A stretch of DNA of 62,854 nucleotides, taken from a virus. Shown piece after piece: positions 17,119 to 25,478 of this stretch (within the stretch, counting starts at the first letter, position 1; each line of letters opens with the position of its first letter). The notes under the pieces are model-generated. The model worked only from the letters and a program-made list of their open reading frames with translations, had not been told where the DNA came from and made no database searches. The stretch covers positions 1 through 62,854 of IMG/VR virus record IMGVR_UViG_3300000062_000002. One strand, given 5' to 3'. The translations under genes and the position numbers were made by a program.

Positions 17119-17672
17119 TGAATATGAATCCTTATAACAAAAATCCCATCAATCAAATGCGAGGTGCGCAGAATAGAGCGCAGGGCGGCACTTTTGAACA
17201 AATAATATCAGCATCATGTATTTATTATCGTGATTGCGGAGCTGCCGAAATAGAAAAGACTCCTGAGCCTTTTAAGATTACCCGCCGCATAGGCAGTTAC
17301 AAATTTGAGGGGCATTTTGAAAAAGTGGCACAACCGGACTTCAAAGGAACGCTTATCGGAGGCAAAGCCATTGTTTTTGAAGCAAAGCATACAGAATCAG
17401 ACCGCATTCTGCAAAACAAAGTAACAGCAGAACAGACCGCAGCGCTTGACCGACATCAGCGGATGGGAGCCGCATGCTTTGTGCTGGTATCACTGCAAAT
17501 GAAGCAATATGCTTTTGTGCCGTGGGAGTCATGGAAAGAGATGAAGCGGCTATTCGGTCATTTGTATATGAACGCTAAAGATTTAGAGCGATATAAAGTT
17601 GTATTCAATGGCAGAATTGTATTGTTTTTGAACGGAGGGGGAGCAAAAGTTTATGACGGTGCAAAAATTTGA
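17118..17672 (+). CDS. recU: RecU-like Holliday-junction resolvase
   Basis: GTFEQIISASCIYYRD..EKTPEPFKI..QPDFKGTLIGGKAIVFEAKHT..AEQTAALDRHQRMGAACFVLVSL matches the RecU layout. Confidence 0.65.
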   Translation: MNMNPYNKNPINQMRGAQNRAQGGTFEQIISASCIYYRDCGAAEIEKTPEPFKITRRIGSYKFEGHFEKVAQPDFKGTLIGGKAIVFEAKHTESDRILQNKVTAEQTAALDRHQRMGAACFVLVSLQMKQYAFVPWESWKEMKRLFGHLYMNAKDLERYKVVFNGRIVLFLNGGGAKVYDGAKI

Positions 17673-17844
17673 TCATGTACTCTTAAAAATATGGTTTACC
17701 GGCTCTCATACAAGCCGCAACTTCCCTCTTGTAATGTCCGTAGAGCGTGACGGAAATATTTTAACAATAAAAAACAGTTCAGGAACAACATATCTGCTGA
17801 ACTGGAATAATATCAACATGATTGAGGAAATTCACAACGAATAA
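17653..17844 (+). CDS. Hypothetical protein
   Basis: 63-aa ORF overlapping the upstream gene end. GGAGGGGGAG RBS. Confidence 0.5.
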   Translation: MTVQKFDHVLLKIWFTGSHTSRNFPLVMSVERDGNILTIKNSSGTTYLLNWNNINMIEEIHNE

Positions 17845-17868
17845 TGCAGGGAACGGAGATAAAATATT

Positions 17869-18147
17869 ATGACAAACAAGGAAGCAGCAGAAACACTAAG
17901 GAACTTGGCAAGCGGTGCAAATCCGTATTTCATGGCACAAATCAGAGCAAAAGGAAATCTGTTTAAACTGTACTTACAGGCAGCGGAAGCTTTGGAATAT
18001 CAAGCATGCTGGTGTAGAGATTGCAAATATTTTAAAATACAAAACGATGGCACTTATTGTGACAATCTTGATTCTTATTTTTGGAGTGAGTTCCCAGACG
18101 AATATGATACTTGTGCAGAGTTTAGCAGGAAGTTGGAGGCGGAATAG
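17869..18147 (+). CDS. Hypothetical protein (CxxC..C motifs)
   Basis: 92-aa ORF with a GGAACGGAGA RBS region. Confidence 0.55.
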   Translation: MTNKEAAETLRNLASGANPYFMAQIRAKGNLFKLYLQAAEALEYQACWCRDCKYFKIQNDGTYCDNLDSYFWSEFPDEYDTCAEFSRKLEAE

Positions 18148-18230
18148 GGATGGACAGACTTACAAAACAAAACCCAAGTTAGATTAATAATGAATTTTGG
18201 ACAGCCGCAGAAGAACCAGATGATGAAGAG

Positions 18231-18452
18231 ATGGACAAAGTATATATGCGGCTCATGGATTACGAGAATACAGGTTTGATACCTACTGAAATCACCCGCC
18301 TAACCGCCGAGAATGAGGCGTTGAGAGAGGATTTGAAATCATTAGGAAGCTGCACCAACTGCATACACAACAAATATCCATGTGAGCGTGAGGACAACGG
18401 ACATGAAACATGCTGGCAATGGCGAGGCGAAAAGGAGAAAAGTACTATTTAG
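18231..18452 (+). CDS. Hypothetical protein. It is the downstream part of a reading frame that starts at ATG 18150 and is interrupted by one in-frame TAG (18180..18182).
   Basis: ATG 18150 has a strong GGAGG RBS, whereas ATG 18231 has almost none. 18150 and 18231 are in the same frame. Confidence 0.5.
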   Translation: MDKVYMRLMDYENTGLIPTEITRLTAENEALREDLKSLGSCTNCIHNKYPCEREDNGHETCWQWRGEKEKSTI

Positions 18453-18479
18453 ATTTTGAAGTGAAAGAGGTGTCTACAG

Positions 18480-18848
18480 TTGAATGAAAAACAAAAATCA
18501 TTACGCAGAATGATTGAAAAAGAATGTTGCAAAATTAGCCTGACGGAGTTATGCGAATATTGGGGTGTGACATGCGATGACTTTGATTTGTATCTTGATA
18601 GTGCAGATAAAGCGTTCGATATATCCTACCAACAACCGCTGACGCTTGAGGAACTACAGAAGATGGATGGTGAGCCAGTTTATGTTATTTGGGATAGCGA
18701 TATAGAACCCTATATCGGAAGTTGCTGGATGCTTGTGGGCGTGCCCGAAGAAAGGCTTAATACAGATTGCGAATGGGTGGATTTTGCTGACTTGGACGAG
18801 ACTTGTAAGGCATACCGCCAAAAACCAACGGAGGGCGAAAATGACTAA
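18480..18848 (+). CDS. Hypothetical protein
   Basis: 122-aa ORF with a TTG start after GAAAGAGGTG. Confidence 0.5.
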   Translation: MNEKQKSLRRMIEKECCKISLTELCEYWGVTCDDFDLYLDSADKAFDISYQQPLTLEELQKMDGEPVYVIWDSDIEPYIGSCWMLVGVPEERLNTDCEWVDFADLDETCKAYRQKPTEGEND

Positions 18849-19026
18849 ACCAAAAATATGTCCTGTTTGCAATAAGGGGAAATATAAATATGGAAGTGGA
18901 TTATATGATTACTATTCATGTGGTCATGCTTACGAGAAGCCATTAAATAATAATGATAAAGGGAAATTTGTATGTTTCCAAAGTCCATATGAATGGAGGG
19001 TTGAAAATGGAATGGATAAAATGTAG
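18841..19026 (+). CDS. Hypothetical zinc-ribbon protein (61 aa)
   Basis: CPVCNKG..YYSCGH. GGAGGG RBS. ATG 18841 overlaps the upstream stop. Confidence 0.5.
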   Translation: MTKPKICPVCNKGKYKYGSGLYDYYSCGHAYEKPLNNNDKGKFVCFQSPYEWRVENGMDKM

Positions 19027-19207
19027 TGAGCGGATGCCAGAAGAGAACAGCAACGTGATATTTTATGAGAACGATTTTAGCTGTATATATATTGGCTCAT
19101 ATGAAAACATTTACGGTTATAAGTGGATTGTAAATTGCATGGAAATTGAGCAAAAAGTTACCCACTGGATGCCGTTGCCTGAAAAGCCGAAGGGAGAACA
19201 TAAATGA
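19007..19207 (+). CDS. DUF551-like protein
   Basis: MEWIKCSERMPEE..VTHWMPLPEKPKG matches the DUF551 pattern (WI..lP....thWmPLPepP). Confidence 0.6.
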   Translation: MEWIKCSERMPEENSNVIFYENDFSCIYIGSYENIYGYKWIVNCMEIEQKVTHWMPLPEKPKGEHK

Positions 19208-19386
19208 ACATAAAGCATAAATTAGGTTTCTGTACAGCTAAAGGCTGTTGGCATAAATCTCAATGGGTATGCGGCGTTCTGATGGGTTATGGCATACCGT
19301 ATACAAAGGAATACCTTTGTGAAAAACATGCAAAAGAGTGGCGGGAAATAATTCCCGACCCACCGAAAACAGACCAAGTGCAATAA
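19204..19386 (+). CDS. Hypothetical protein
   Basis: 60-aa ORF with ATGA overlap to the upstream gene. Confidence 0.5.
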   Translation: MNIKHKLGFCTAKGCWHKSQWVCGVLMGYGIPYTKEYLCEKHAKEWREIIPDPPKTDQVQ

Positions 19387-19621
19387 TTGATTACTTTGAA
19401 AAGGAGACAGAACGAACAATACTCAAATGATTCAAGATGTAGCTTCAGTTATAATTACAATAGTCGTTCTGATAACAGCTATAAAAACTACATCGAAGGA
19501 CTTTGTGTCTTATTTTTTATATATGCTTGCCTCGTTATTTATTTTTTATCTTATTATTTTTTTTATTTTTTAAGTATGGTATCATGTGATGAATTTATAG
19601 CGAAGAAACGGAGAAACAACA

Positions 19622-19789
19622 GTGAAATACATAAAATTTACTATGTCAATGGGGTTAATAGGAGCGGATAAGGAAGATATATTTCCTTTCGATGATGATT
19701 CCACAGGAGATGAAATTCAAAGCGATTATGAAACTTGGGTATGGGAGTGCATTAGTGGCGGTTGGCAAGAAGTGGAGGAACAGCAATGA
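19622..19789 (+). CDS. Hypothetical small acidic protein (55 aa)
   Basis: GTG 19622 after GGAGA. Its stop overlaps ATG 19786 (ATGA). Below the ORF-track cutoff. Confidence 0.4.
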   Translation: MKYIKFTMSMGLIGADKEDIFPFDDDSTGDEIQSDYETWVWECISGGWQEVEEQQ

Positions 19790-20172
19790 CAAACTTTGAG
19801 AAACATGGGGATAAATCGGTGCCAGAGTATTGCAAGCAGCATTGTGCGGTAAATGAGATAGGAACTTTTTTGCTAGAGCATTACCATAAGTGGGGAAACT
19901 CCACCGCAACACCCACCCTAACACCAGAAGAACGTAAAATAGCAGAAACCTTGCAGGTTTTAGGGTTTGAGTGGTTGGCGAGGGATAAAGACCGAAGGTT
20001 ATTTGCATACAAAGAAAAACCGTACAAAAAAACAAACAGCTGGTTGTGCGTAGGAGACATTCTCGCCAAGAGCGTTTATGTGCCTAAACAAAATACAGGC
20101 CTTTTCCCCTCCATCCAATGGACAGACACAGAACCCACTAAAATATCGGATTTGTTGGAGGTGGAAATATGA
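19786..20172 (+). CDS. Hypothetical protein
   Basis: GGAGGA RBS before ATG 19786 (the ORF track starts at 19762). Confidence 0.6.
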   Translation: MTNFEKHGDKSVPEYCKQHCAVNEIGTFLLEHYHKWGNSTATPTLTPEERKIAETLQVLGFEWLARDKDRRLFAYKEKPYKKTNSWLCVGDILAKSVYVPKQNTGLFPSIQWTDTEPTKISDLLEVEI

Positions 20173-20270
20173 CCCTCTACATACCGCCGTTTGTGTTGGG
20201 TGTAACCGAATAATAACAGATTTTTTGAGCATAATCATAACAACATTAAATAACAATAGGAGTGATATTC

Positions 20271-20447
20271 ATGGTATTGGCAAGGTATATGGATGGTAAA
20301 GAACTTACCGTAGAAGAAATGAAAAATCATAATCTTATGAACAATCCAAGAATCAGAGAAATCATGGAAAATGTTGTTGAACGTGCAAGCAACATTAACA
20401 ATCAAACATTTTCAAACTCGAATGCCCACGAAGAGAGTTTGCTATAA
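20271..20447 (+). CDS. Hypothetical protein
   Basis: AGGAG RBS 8 nt before ATG 20271. Confidence 0.5.
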   Translation: MVLARYMDGKELTVEEMKNHNLMNNPRIREIMENVVERASNINNQTFSNSNAHEESLL

Positions 20448-20493
20448 TTTATGATTTATTATCTGCAAATTCAATTAAGAGAGGAGGCCGAAT

Positions 20494-21861
20494 ATGAATA
20501 CACAAAAAGCCGGATGCTATCTTCGTGTTTCTACTGGGATACAATTTGAAGAGGGATATTCAATTGATGCACAAAGGAATATGCTACAAGCATATTGTGA
20601 ATCTAAAGGCATTAAAAAATATGAATTCTATATTGATGGTGGATTCACAGGTTCTAATATTGAGCGTCCTGAAATGAAACGATTGATAGAAGATGTTAAA
20701 AAAAGCAAAATAAGCCATGTTATCACGCACAAACTTGATAGGCTTTCAAGAAGCCAAAAAGACACGTTGTTTTTGATTGAAGATGTTTTCAACAGCAATG
20801 GTGTTGATTTCATTTCACTGAATGAAAACCTTGATACTTCTACACCAATAGGCCGTGCAATGCTTGGCATTATGTCCGCTTTTGCACAGCTTGAACGAGA
20901 GCAGATTTTTGAACGTACTCGCATGGGAATGAAAGAACGTGTAAAAAGCGGCCTCTGGATGGGCGGGGGGAGAGTGCCATATGGTTATGATTATGACCGT
21001 AATTTAGGCATTCTTGTTCCCAATAAAGATGCAGATAATGTTAGGAAAATGTATGAGTTGTATTTGCAAGGCTATTCTACTGACAAAATAGGCAATATGT
21101 TTGGCAAAAAGCATGACAGAATTGTCATCCAGATTTTAAAGCGAAAAACAAATTTAGGAATCATTTCATATAATGGTGAAGAGTATCAAGGAAAACATGA
21201 AGCAATTATAGATGTTGAAACATACGAAAAAGCTATGGATGAAATGGCTAAACGCTCTGTAAAAAACATAAATACCGGGCATTTTCTTTTAACAGGTCGT
21301 GTTTATTGTGAGAAATGCGGAGCTAAAATGCGCTATATTAATTGGGGCAAAAATAGATACAAATTCATGTGTTATTCTCAGCAAACCAGCAAAGAGTATT
21401 TAAGACGTGATGTGAATTGCGATAACCCAAGACCGTGGGCAGATGATATTGAAAATGCTGTGATAAAAGATTTGTTGCAATTCGCCACAGAAAAAATCAC
21501 TTTGTCAAAATCATCTTCCCCAGCATTGAGCGTTTTAGATGTTTTTCAAGAACAATATAATAATGTTTCACAACAAATAAAAAGGTTGTATAGTGTTTAC
21601 GCTAATGATGAAAACGATTTGTTGCTAGAAACAATTGAAGAAAAGAAAAAAGAATTATCGGATATAAAAGTGCAAATGAAAAAAGAAGAAGAGCGAAGTA
21701 CGATAACCATTCAGCGCAAAGAAGCATTGGCAAAAATAGAGGGGTTGGCTGAATCATGGGAATTTATGTCGTTGAAAGAAAAGCAGGATATTGTCAAAAT
21801 ATGTATAGAAAAAGTTGAGGTTTTGAACGGAGATGTGAAGATACATTACAACAATTTTTAA
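20494..21861 (+). CDS. Large serine recombinase (phage integrase)
   Basis: Resolvase catalytic N-terminus (YLRVSTGIQ..DGGFTGSNIERPEMKRLIEDV..KLDRLSRS), a recombinase domain, the zinc ribbon CEKCGAKMRY..FMCYS and a C-terminal coiled coil. Confidence 0.95.
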   Translation: MNTQKAGCYLRVSTGIQFEEGYSIDAQRNMLQAYCESKGIKKYEFYIDGGFTGSNIERPEMKRLIEDVKKSKISHVITHKLDRLSRSQKDTLFLIEDVFNSNGVDFISLNENLDTSTPIGRAMLGIMSAFAQLEREQIFERTRMGMKERVKSGLWMGGGRVPYGYDYDRNLGILVPNKDADNVRKMYELYLQGYSTDKIGNMFGKKHDRIVIQILKRKTNLGIISYNGEEYQGKHEAIIDVETYEKAMDEMAKRSVKNINTGHFLLTGRVYCEKCGAKMRYINWGKNRYKFMCYSQQTSKEYLRRDVNCDNPRPWADDIENAVIKDLLQFATEKITLSKSSSPALSVLDVFQEQYNNVSQQIKRLYSVYANDENDLLLETIEEKKKELSDIKVQMKKEEERSTITIQRKEALAKIEGLAESWEFMSLKEKQDIVKICIEKVEVLNGDVKIHYNNF

Positions 21862-21862
21862 G

Positions 21863-21924
21863 TTTCTCGACAAGGTATATCCATCGGCATGATAATAGGT
21901 TGTCGAGAAAGAATGGATATCCAT
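21863..21924. other. Candidate attP region: 11-bp perfect inverted repeat (21863..21873 / 21900..21910) plus a 12-bp palindrome ATGGATATCCAT (21913..21924)
   Basis: The inverted repeats were read directly. The region lies immediately 3' of the serine integrase and ahead of the convergent - strand terminator. Confidence 0.4.
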
Positions 21925-21946
21925 TAGATAATGTGATATCTAAAGC

Positions 21947-21978
21947 AAAAAAAGAGTGAGGATTAATTCCCCACTCCT
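21947..21978 (-). terminator. Rho-independent terminator of the - strand cargo operon
   Basis: On the - strand: GGAGTGGGG-aattaat-CCTCACTC followed by TTTTTTT. Confidence 0.6.
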
Positions 21979-22016
21979 TCAATTATTATCCGATATTATG
22001 ATTTGCAAAAAGACTG

Positions 22017-22607
22017 TTATCCCAAATTAAAATTCACCGGTTCACCCTCTATATGCTCATGCTCGAAATAATGATGAATCCATCTTGATTTTACACTTAT
22101 GTCATGCGGTTGCCATCCCGCAAAGTCAAAACTGTCATAAGCTAATCTGATACGCATTTTTTCATTCTGAACATTAGTAGCTAAACAGCAAAGCTTGTCG
22201 TAGATTTCCATGTCTATTTTACGACTTTTATGTATAGCGTGAGTTAGGCACTCTGCCAATTCATGCTGCATATCCATCCATACTTTAAAATGCGCTTTAA
22301 ACTCGTTTATATTGTGCATATCAAACATTTCAGCTTTTGAAACTAATTGCATATCAATCTTGGGCATGTATTCTAGTTTATCGCCTATAATCTTTTCAAG
22401 GTGTTCAAGCTCGCAAAAATTATGCTTAGCACAGAGGTCATGCCACCTGCCAAGTCCTCTAATTGCAATTCGCCTTGAAGCATTGGCCGCCCGCATATTC
22501 CAGTGTGCTGATGCTGACAGATATGTACAAATATCATCCAAATGTTCACAAAGGTGCTTTTTAATTTCTTCATGAGACATTTCTTGTGTAGGGGTTGTAT
22601 ATGGCAT
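22017..22607 (-). CDS. Hypothetical His/Cys-rich helical protein (weak ferritin-like four-helix-bundle impression only)
   Basis: 196-aa ORF, the last gene before attP. I see no firm motif. Confidence 0.5.
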   Translation of the reverse strand: MPYTTPTQEMSHEEIKKHLCEHLDDICTYLSASAHWNMRAANASRRIAIRGLGRWHDLCAKHNFCELEHLEKIIGDKLEYMPKIDMQLVSKAEMFDMHNINEFKAHFKVWMDMQHELAECLTHAIHKSRKIDMEIYDKLCCLATNVQNEKMRIRLAYDSFDFAGWQPHDISVKSRWIHHYFEHEHIEGEPVNFNLG

Positions 22608-22610
22608 TGT

Positions 22611-23021
22611 TTAACCCTCCGTTGTTGGTATCATATTGTTTGCAGGGTCATATCCTCTTGTGCAGCGTGGTGTATCAAGGTTGATAAAATGCTTAACACC
22701 GCCGGATGTTCCCGCTGTGTTTGCGGGCGCATTATTGCCGTATCTAAGACGATAACAGCGGCCTAAATGCAAGCGGTCTGCGTAGAAAATATTTCCCGCC
22801 GAACACATAAGCACATAAGCATCACCAGAAATACCATTTTTAATCTTAACAACCTCTGAACCTGTAATAAGGTCATGGAATTTCACCAATTCGGGCGGTG
22901 TCAGCTCGAAAAGCAAACTATAATGTTTGCCATTGCGAAGAAACACCTCTGGGATGGTTATAACTACGGACGAACCGCTTGTAACGGTTATATCAATCGG
23001 GTGAATAGGTCTTAATTGCAT
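22611..23021 (-). CDS. Hypothetical protein
   Basis: 136-aa ORF, tightly packed with its neighbours. Confidence 0.5.
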   Translation of the reverse strand: MQLRPIHPIDITVTSGSSVVITIPEVFLRNGKHYSLLFELTPPELVKFHDLITGSEVVKIKNGISGDAYVLMCSAGNIFYADRLHLGRCYRLRYGNNAPANTAGTSGGVKHFINLDTPRCTRGYDPANNMIPTTEG

Positions 23022-23033
23022 GATGGATTCCCC

Positions 23034-23234
23034 CTATTTAAATTCTGTTGTGGTTTCTGTTGGCTTATCTGGAGCTTTTGAAGCTTTTGGCAATATTGCG
23101 TTGACGGAATTAACAGCATATTTGCCGATACCGTCAAGGGATTTAAGGACTGTTGCACGTTTCTGCGGGTTTTCTATTAGGATTCCAAGACCGACAAGTA
23201 TGCCGGATTGTATCATATTGAACATTTTTATCAC
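23034..23234 (-). CDS. Hypothetical small membrane protein
   Basis: 66 aa with one hydrophobic helix (SGILVGLGILI). Confidence 0.45.
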   Translation of the reverse strand: MIKMFNMIQSGILVGLGILIENPQKRATVLKSLDGIGKYAVNSVNAILPKASKAPDKPTETTTEFK

Positions 23235-23240
23235 CTACTA

Positions 23241-23273
23241 TAAAAAAGGAGCAATGCAACAACATCGCTCCTT
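23241..23273 (-). terminator. Rho-independent terminator after gene 23321..23791
   Basis: - strand AAGGAGC-(14-nt loop)-GCTCCTT followed by a T-run. Confidence 0.55.
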
Positions 23274-23320
23274 GTGACGCTTTTACGTTGAGCGTTAAAC
23301 GAATTAATTATTATGTGAGA

Positions 23321-23791
23321 TTAGCAGAAGTCTCTGCGGTCACCACAGCCGGGAACAGGCTGCAAACACTGTAGTGCCGCCTGTGCATATACCTGAGGTG
23401 CGTTAGCTTTCTTGTAAAGCTCCTGCATGATTCCTGCATTGCCGGCCGCAATATACTTTTCAGTTTCAAGCTGATTGATTTTCAGCTTTGCATCGTAAAG
23501 CTTTTCAGCCTGACCTTTTTCATAAAGGTTGTTCTGGTTTGCAATAATATCAGAATTTCCTTTAAGAATCTCTTTTTCTATCTCGCAACTAGAGGGGCCT
23601 CTACCTCGCACATCGTCAAGGATTGCATGGTTGTAGCCACCGTCATGTCCGCCACCGAACAAACCACCGCCACGACTAAAGATTGCAAAAAAGAGCAATA
23701 GCAGAATTACAAGTCCGACACCTCCGCCGCCAAGGCCTCCGAGACCAAGACCGCCGCCTACAATGTCATTTTCTACGGAATATGTTGCCAT
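23321..23791 (-). CDS. Hypothetical Gly-rich membrane protein with coiled coil and Cys-containing C-terminus
   Basis: GGGLGLGGLGGGGVGLVILLLLFFAIFSRGGGLFGGG, then a helical region, ending ..CLQPVPGCGDRRDFC. Confidence 0.55.
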   Translation of the reverse strand: MATYSVENDIVGGGLGLGGLGGGGVGLVILLLLFFAIFSRGGGLFGGGHDGGYNHAILDDVRGRGPSSCEIEKEILKGNSDIIANQNNLYEKGQAEKLYDAKLKINQLETEKYIAAGNAGIMQELYKKANAPQVYAQAALQCLQPVPGCGDRRDFC

Positions 23792-23839
23792 GTTTTTTTA
23801 TCTCCTTTACTTAAAAATTATATCAACGCTAATGCGTTT

Positions 23840-24169
23840 CTACCTGATTTTTGAAAGGCGGTCTTGAAAGGAGCTTGCAGGATTCGCCGCTTGAATTGGT
23901 ACACTTGGCGGATTGCCTATATTTTGCATGACCGTATTTTTAAGTGTTTGCGGGTTAATGCCAAAACGGTTAAACATAGCTTTTACCCGTGGCGCATTAC
24001 TTGCAAAATTTACGGCACTGTCAATAAAACGCTCGCCGCCATACTCCGATATAAGCTTTTGCAAACCCTCTTTAGTCTGCGGGTACTGTTTCATTTTTTC
24101 GCTTGCCTGATTTGCCAGTTCGGGGGAAAACAACCTCGCTGCCTGTAGTGCTATTTTCGTCAAGTCCAT
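23840..24169 (-). CDS. Hypothetical protein
   Basis: GGAGGG RBS 8 nt before ATG 24169 (the ORF track starts at 24178). Overlaps the 3' end of the upstream ORF. Confidence 0.5.
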   Translation of the reverse strand: MDLTKIALQAARLFSPELANQASEKMKQYPQTKEGLQKLISEYGGERFIDSAVNFASNAPRVKAMFNRFGINPQTLKNTVMQNIGNPPSVPIQAANPASSFQDRLSKIR

Positions 24170-24515
24170 TCTGTTCACCCTCCAATTTGCTTATTTTTTC
24201 GCTCAACTGTTTAGTAATCCTTAATAGTTCATTGTTCATTTCCTGCTGTTGGGTTATTTGTTCTTGCAGCAGCTCTTCGGTAGATTTAGGCGGTACTATG
24301 TCTCCCAACTCAACAAGCCTGTTATAATGCTTTTCTGCCGTTTCTATGGCTTGCTGACAAGTGTTTTCGAGTTGAGTTACATAGTCCATTGTTTTGCCGA
24401 TAAGCGTTTGCTGTTCGCCGTTAAGCTCTAAAATGTCCTGATTGCTGATTACCCTTGTTGGGTAAGGCTTATAGCTGTTCTGCGACATGTTATATGGGTG
24501 ATTTTGTTCAAACAT
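24072..24515 (-). CDS. Hypothetical coiled-coil protein
   Basis: GGGGA RBS before ATG 24515. The ORF-track N-terminal extension begins at a TTG inside a terminator hairpin. Confidence 0.5.
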   Translation of the reverse strand: MFEQNHPYNMSQNSYKPYPTRVISNQDILELNGEQQTLIGKTMDYVTQLENTCQQAIETAEKHYNRLVELGDIVPPKSTEELLQEQITQQQEMNNELLRITKQLSEKISKLEGEQNGLDENSTTGSEVVFPRTGKSGKRKNETVPAD

Positions 24516-24555
24516 ATTACTATCCCCTAAAAGTGTTTGTATACTTATAGTATAA

Positions 24556-24603
24556 AGAAAAAACAGGCTACAGGTAACGCAATTAAGCGCCAATCTGTAG
24601 CCT
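24556..24603 (-). terminator. Rho-independent terminator after the sigma-region-4-like gene
   Basis: 9-bp stem AGGCTACAG / CTGTAGCCT (24565..24573 and 24595..24603) followed on the - strand by GTTTTTTC. Confidence 0.65.
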
Positions 24604-24627
24604 TTAAAGTATCATTTTGGTATCAAT

Positions 24628-24786
24628 TTATTTTTTTAATTTAGTGCGTATGCTTTTCAATACACGGGTAATGGTCGAGCGTGAATAATCAAGTTCTGCT
24701 GCTATATCTTCAACGCGCCAACCACGACGATAAAAAAAGTCAAATACCATTCGCTCACGGTCATTGAGCCAATAGTTTGCTTGCAT
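24628..24786 (-). CDS. Small sigma-70 region-4-like / LuxR-type HTH protein (52 aa), a possible transcription activator
   Basis: LNDRERMVFDFFYRRGWRVEDIAAELDYSRSTITRVLKSIRTKL fits the region 4.2 pattern (L..rEr.vf.l.y..g.s.eeIA.el..s..tv). Weak RBS. Below the ORF-track cutoff. Confidence 0.5.
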   Translation of the reverse strand: MQANYWLNDRERMVFDFFYRRGWRVEDIAAELDYSRSTITRVLKSIRTKLKK

Positions 24787-24873
24787 AGTTTCTAAATCTT
24801 CTATGCTGAATTTGAATTTGCTTATCTCTCTACCTCACAATTCAAAAAATTGTTTAATTCTTTCCTGTTTCAG

Positions 24874-25194
24874 TTACTTTCCAATAAGAAATTCATCAAT
24901 ATTTTTTATAAGTGCGTTCATTTGTGAAGTGTGATTTCCTGTTGCCAGATGGTCTAATACACCCTTTACACTGCGCAAAAGAAGCCTGTCAAGTTCTTCC
25001 GTGCGTTCAAGACTGCGTTCAAGATGTGTTATTCTGCGGTTATCGTTATCAAGCTTTGCATCTACACCTTTTTGCCATTTCTTTTGTGCTTCTCCCGGAC
25101 TTGTTGCCTTTATGCTTCTAAAGGTAAGTATCAAACCGCAAATTGTAGAAACAAAGCCGGTGGCAGAAATTATTATTGTAATTACTATTGGCAT
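24874..25194 (-). CDS. Hypothetical N-terminally membrane-anchored coiled-coil protein (lysis-cassette associated)
   Basis: One N-terminal TM (IVITIIISATGFVSTICGLILTF), then helical. Located directly downstream of the holin gene. Confidence 0.5.
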   Translation of the reverse strand: MPIVITIIISATGFVSTICGLILTFRSIKATSPGEAQKKWQKGVDAKLDNDNRRITHLERSLERTEELDRLLLRSVKGVLDHLATGNHTSQMNALIKNIDEFLIGK

Positions 25195-25206
25195 TTAACT
25201 ACCACC

Positions 25207-25476
25207 TTACTGATTAGTTTTTATTACTTTTTCATAGGATAACCACGAAGCAAGCCAACACAATACACCCTGAGTAGCGCCTACAAAGACGGCCATTGCA
25301 AGCGTTTCTGTTTCCGTAGCATAAACGTATAGACCTGACAGCAAAACGCTGCACAGGCAAAGAATAGGCGGTATCCATTGATTATTAATTGGTGTGCTTT
25401 TTAGCATTAATCCAAGTCCCCAACAGACAGGAATAAGAATCAGAAGTTCAGGGCGGATATAATCTTGAATGTTCAT
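25207..25476 (-). CDS. Putative holin (three TM segments)
   Basis: 89 aa with three hydrophobic helices and a charged C-terminus. Located immediately downstream of the endolysin gene. Confidence 0.6.
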   Translation of the reverse strand: MNIQDYIRPELLILIPVCWGLGLMLKSTPINNQWIPPILCLCSVLLSGLYVYATETETLAMAVFVGATQGVLCWLASWLSYEKVIKTNQ

Positions 25477-25478
25477 AT

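Noticed and set aside
18180-18182. TAG reassignment (an alternative genetic code) as the explanation for the in-frame TAG
   Set aside because: TAG terminates several well-supported genes here, including gpG at 37377, the 902-aa gene at 54085..54087 and PanA paralog 1 at 49455. The standard code fits the whole genome.
19387-19671. 94-aa + strand ORF rich in Y/F/S/N
   Set aside because: It spans an extremely AT-rich low-complexity tract and has no RBS. Better-supported small ORFs lie in other frames: 19622..19789, and possibly a 48-aa hydrophobic ORF from 19427.
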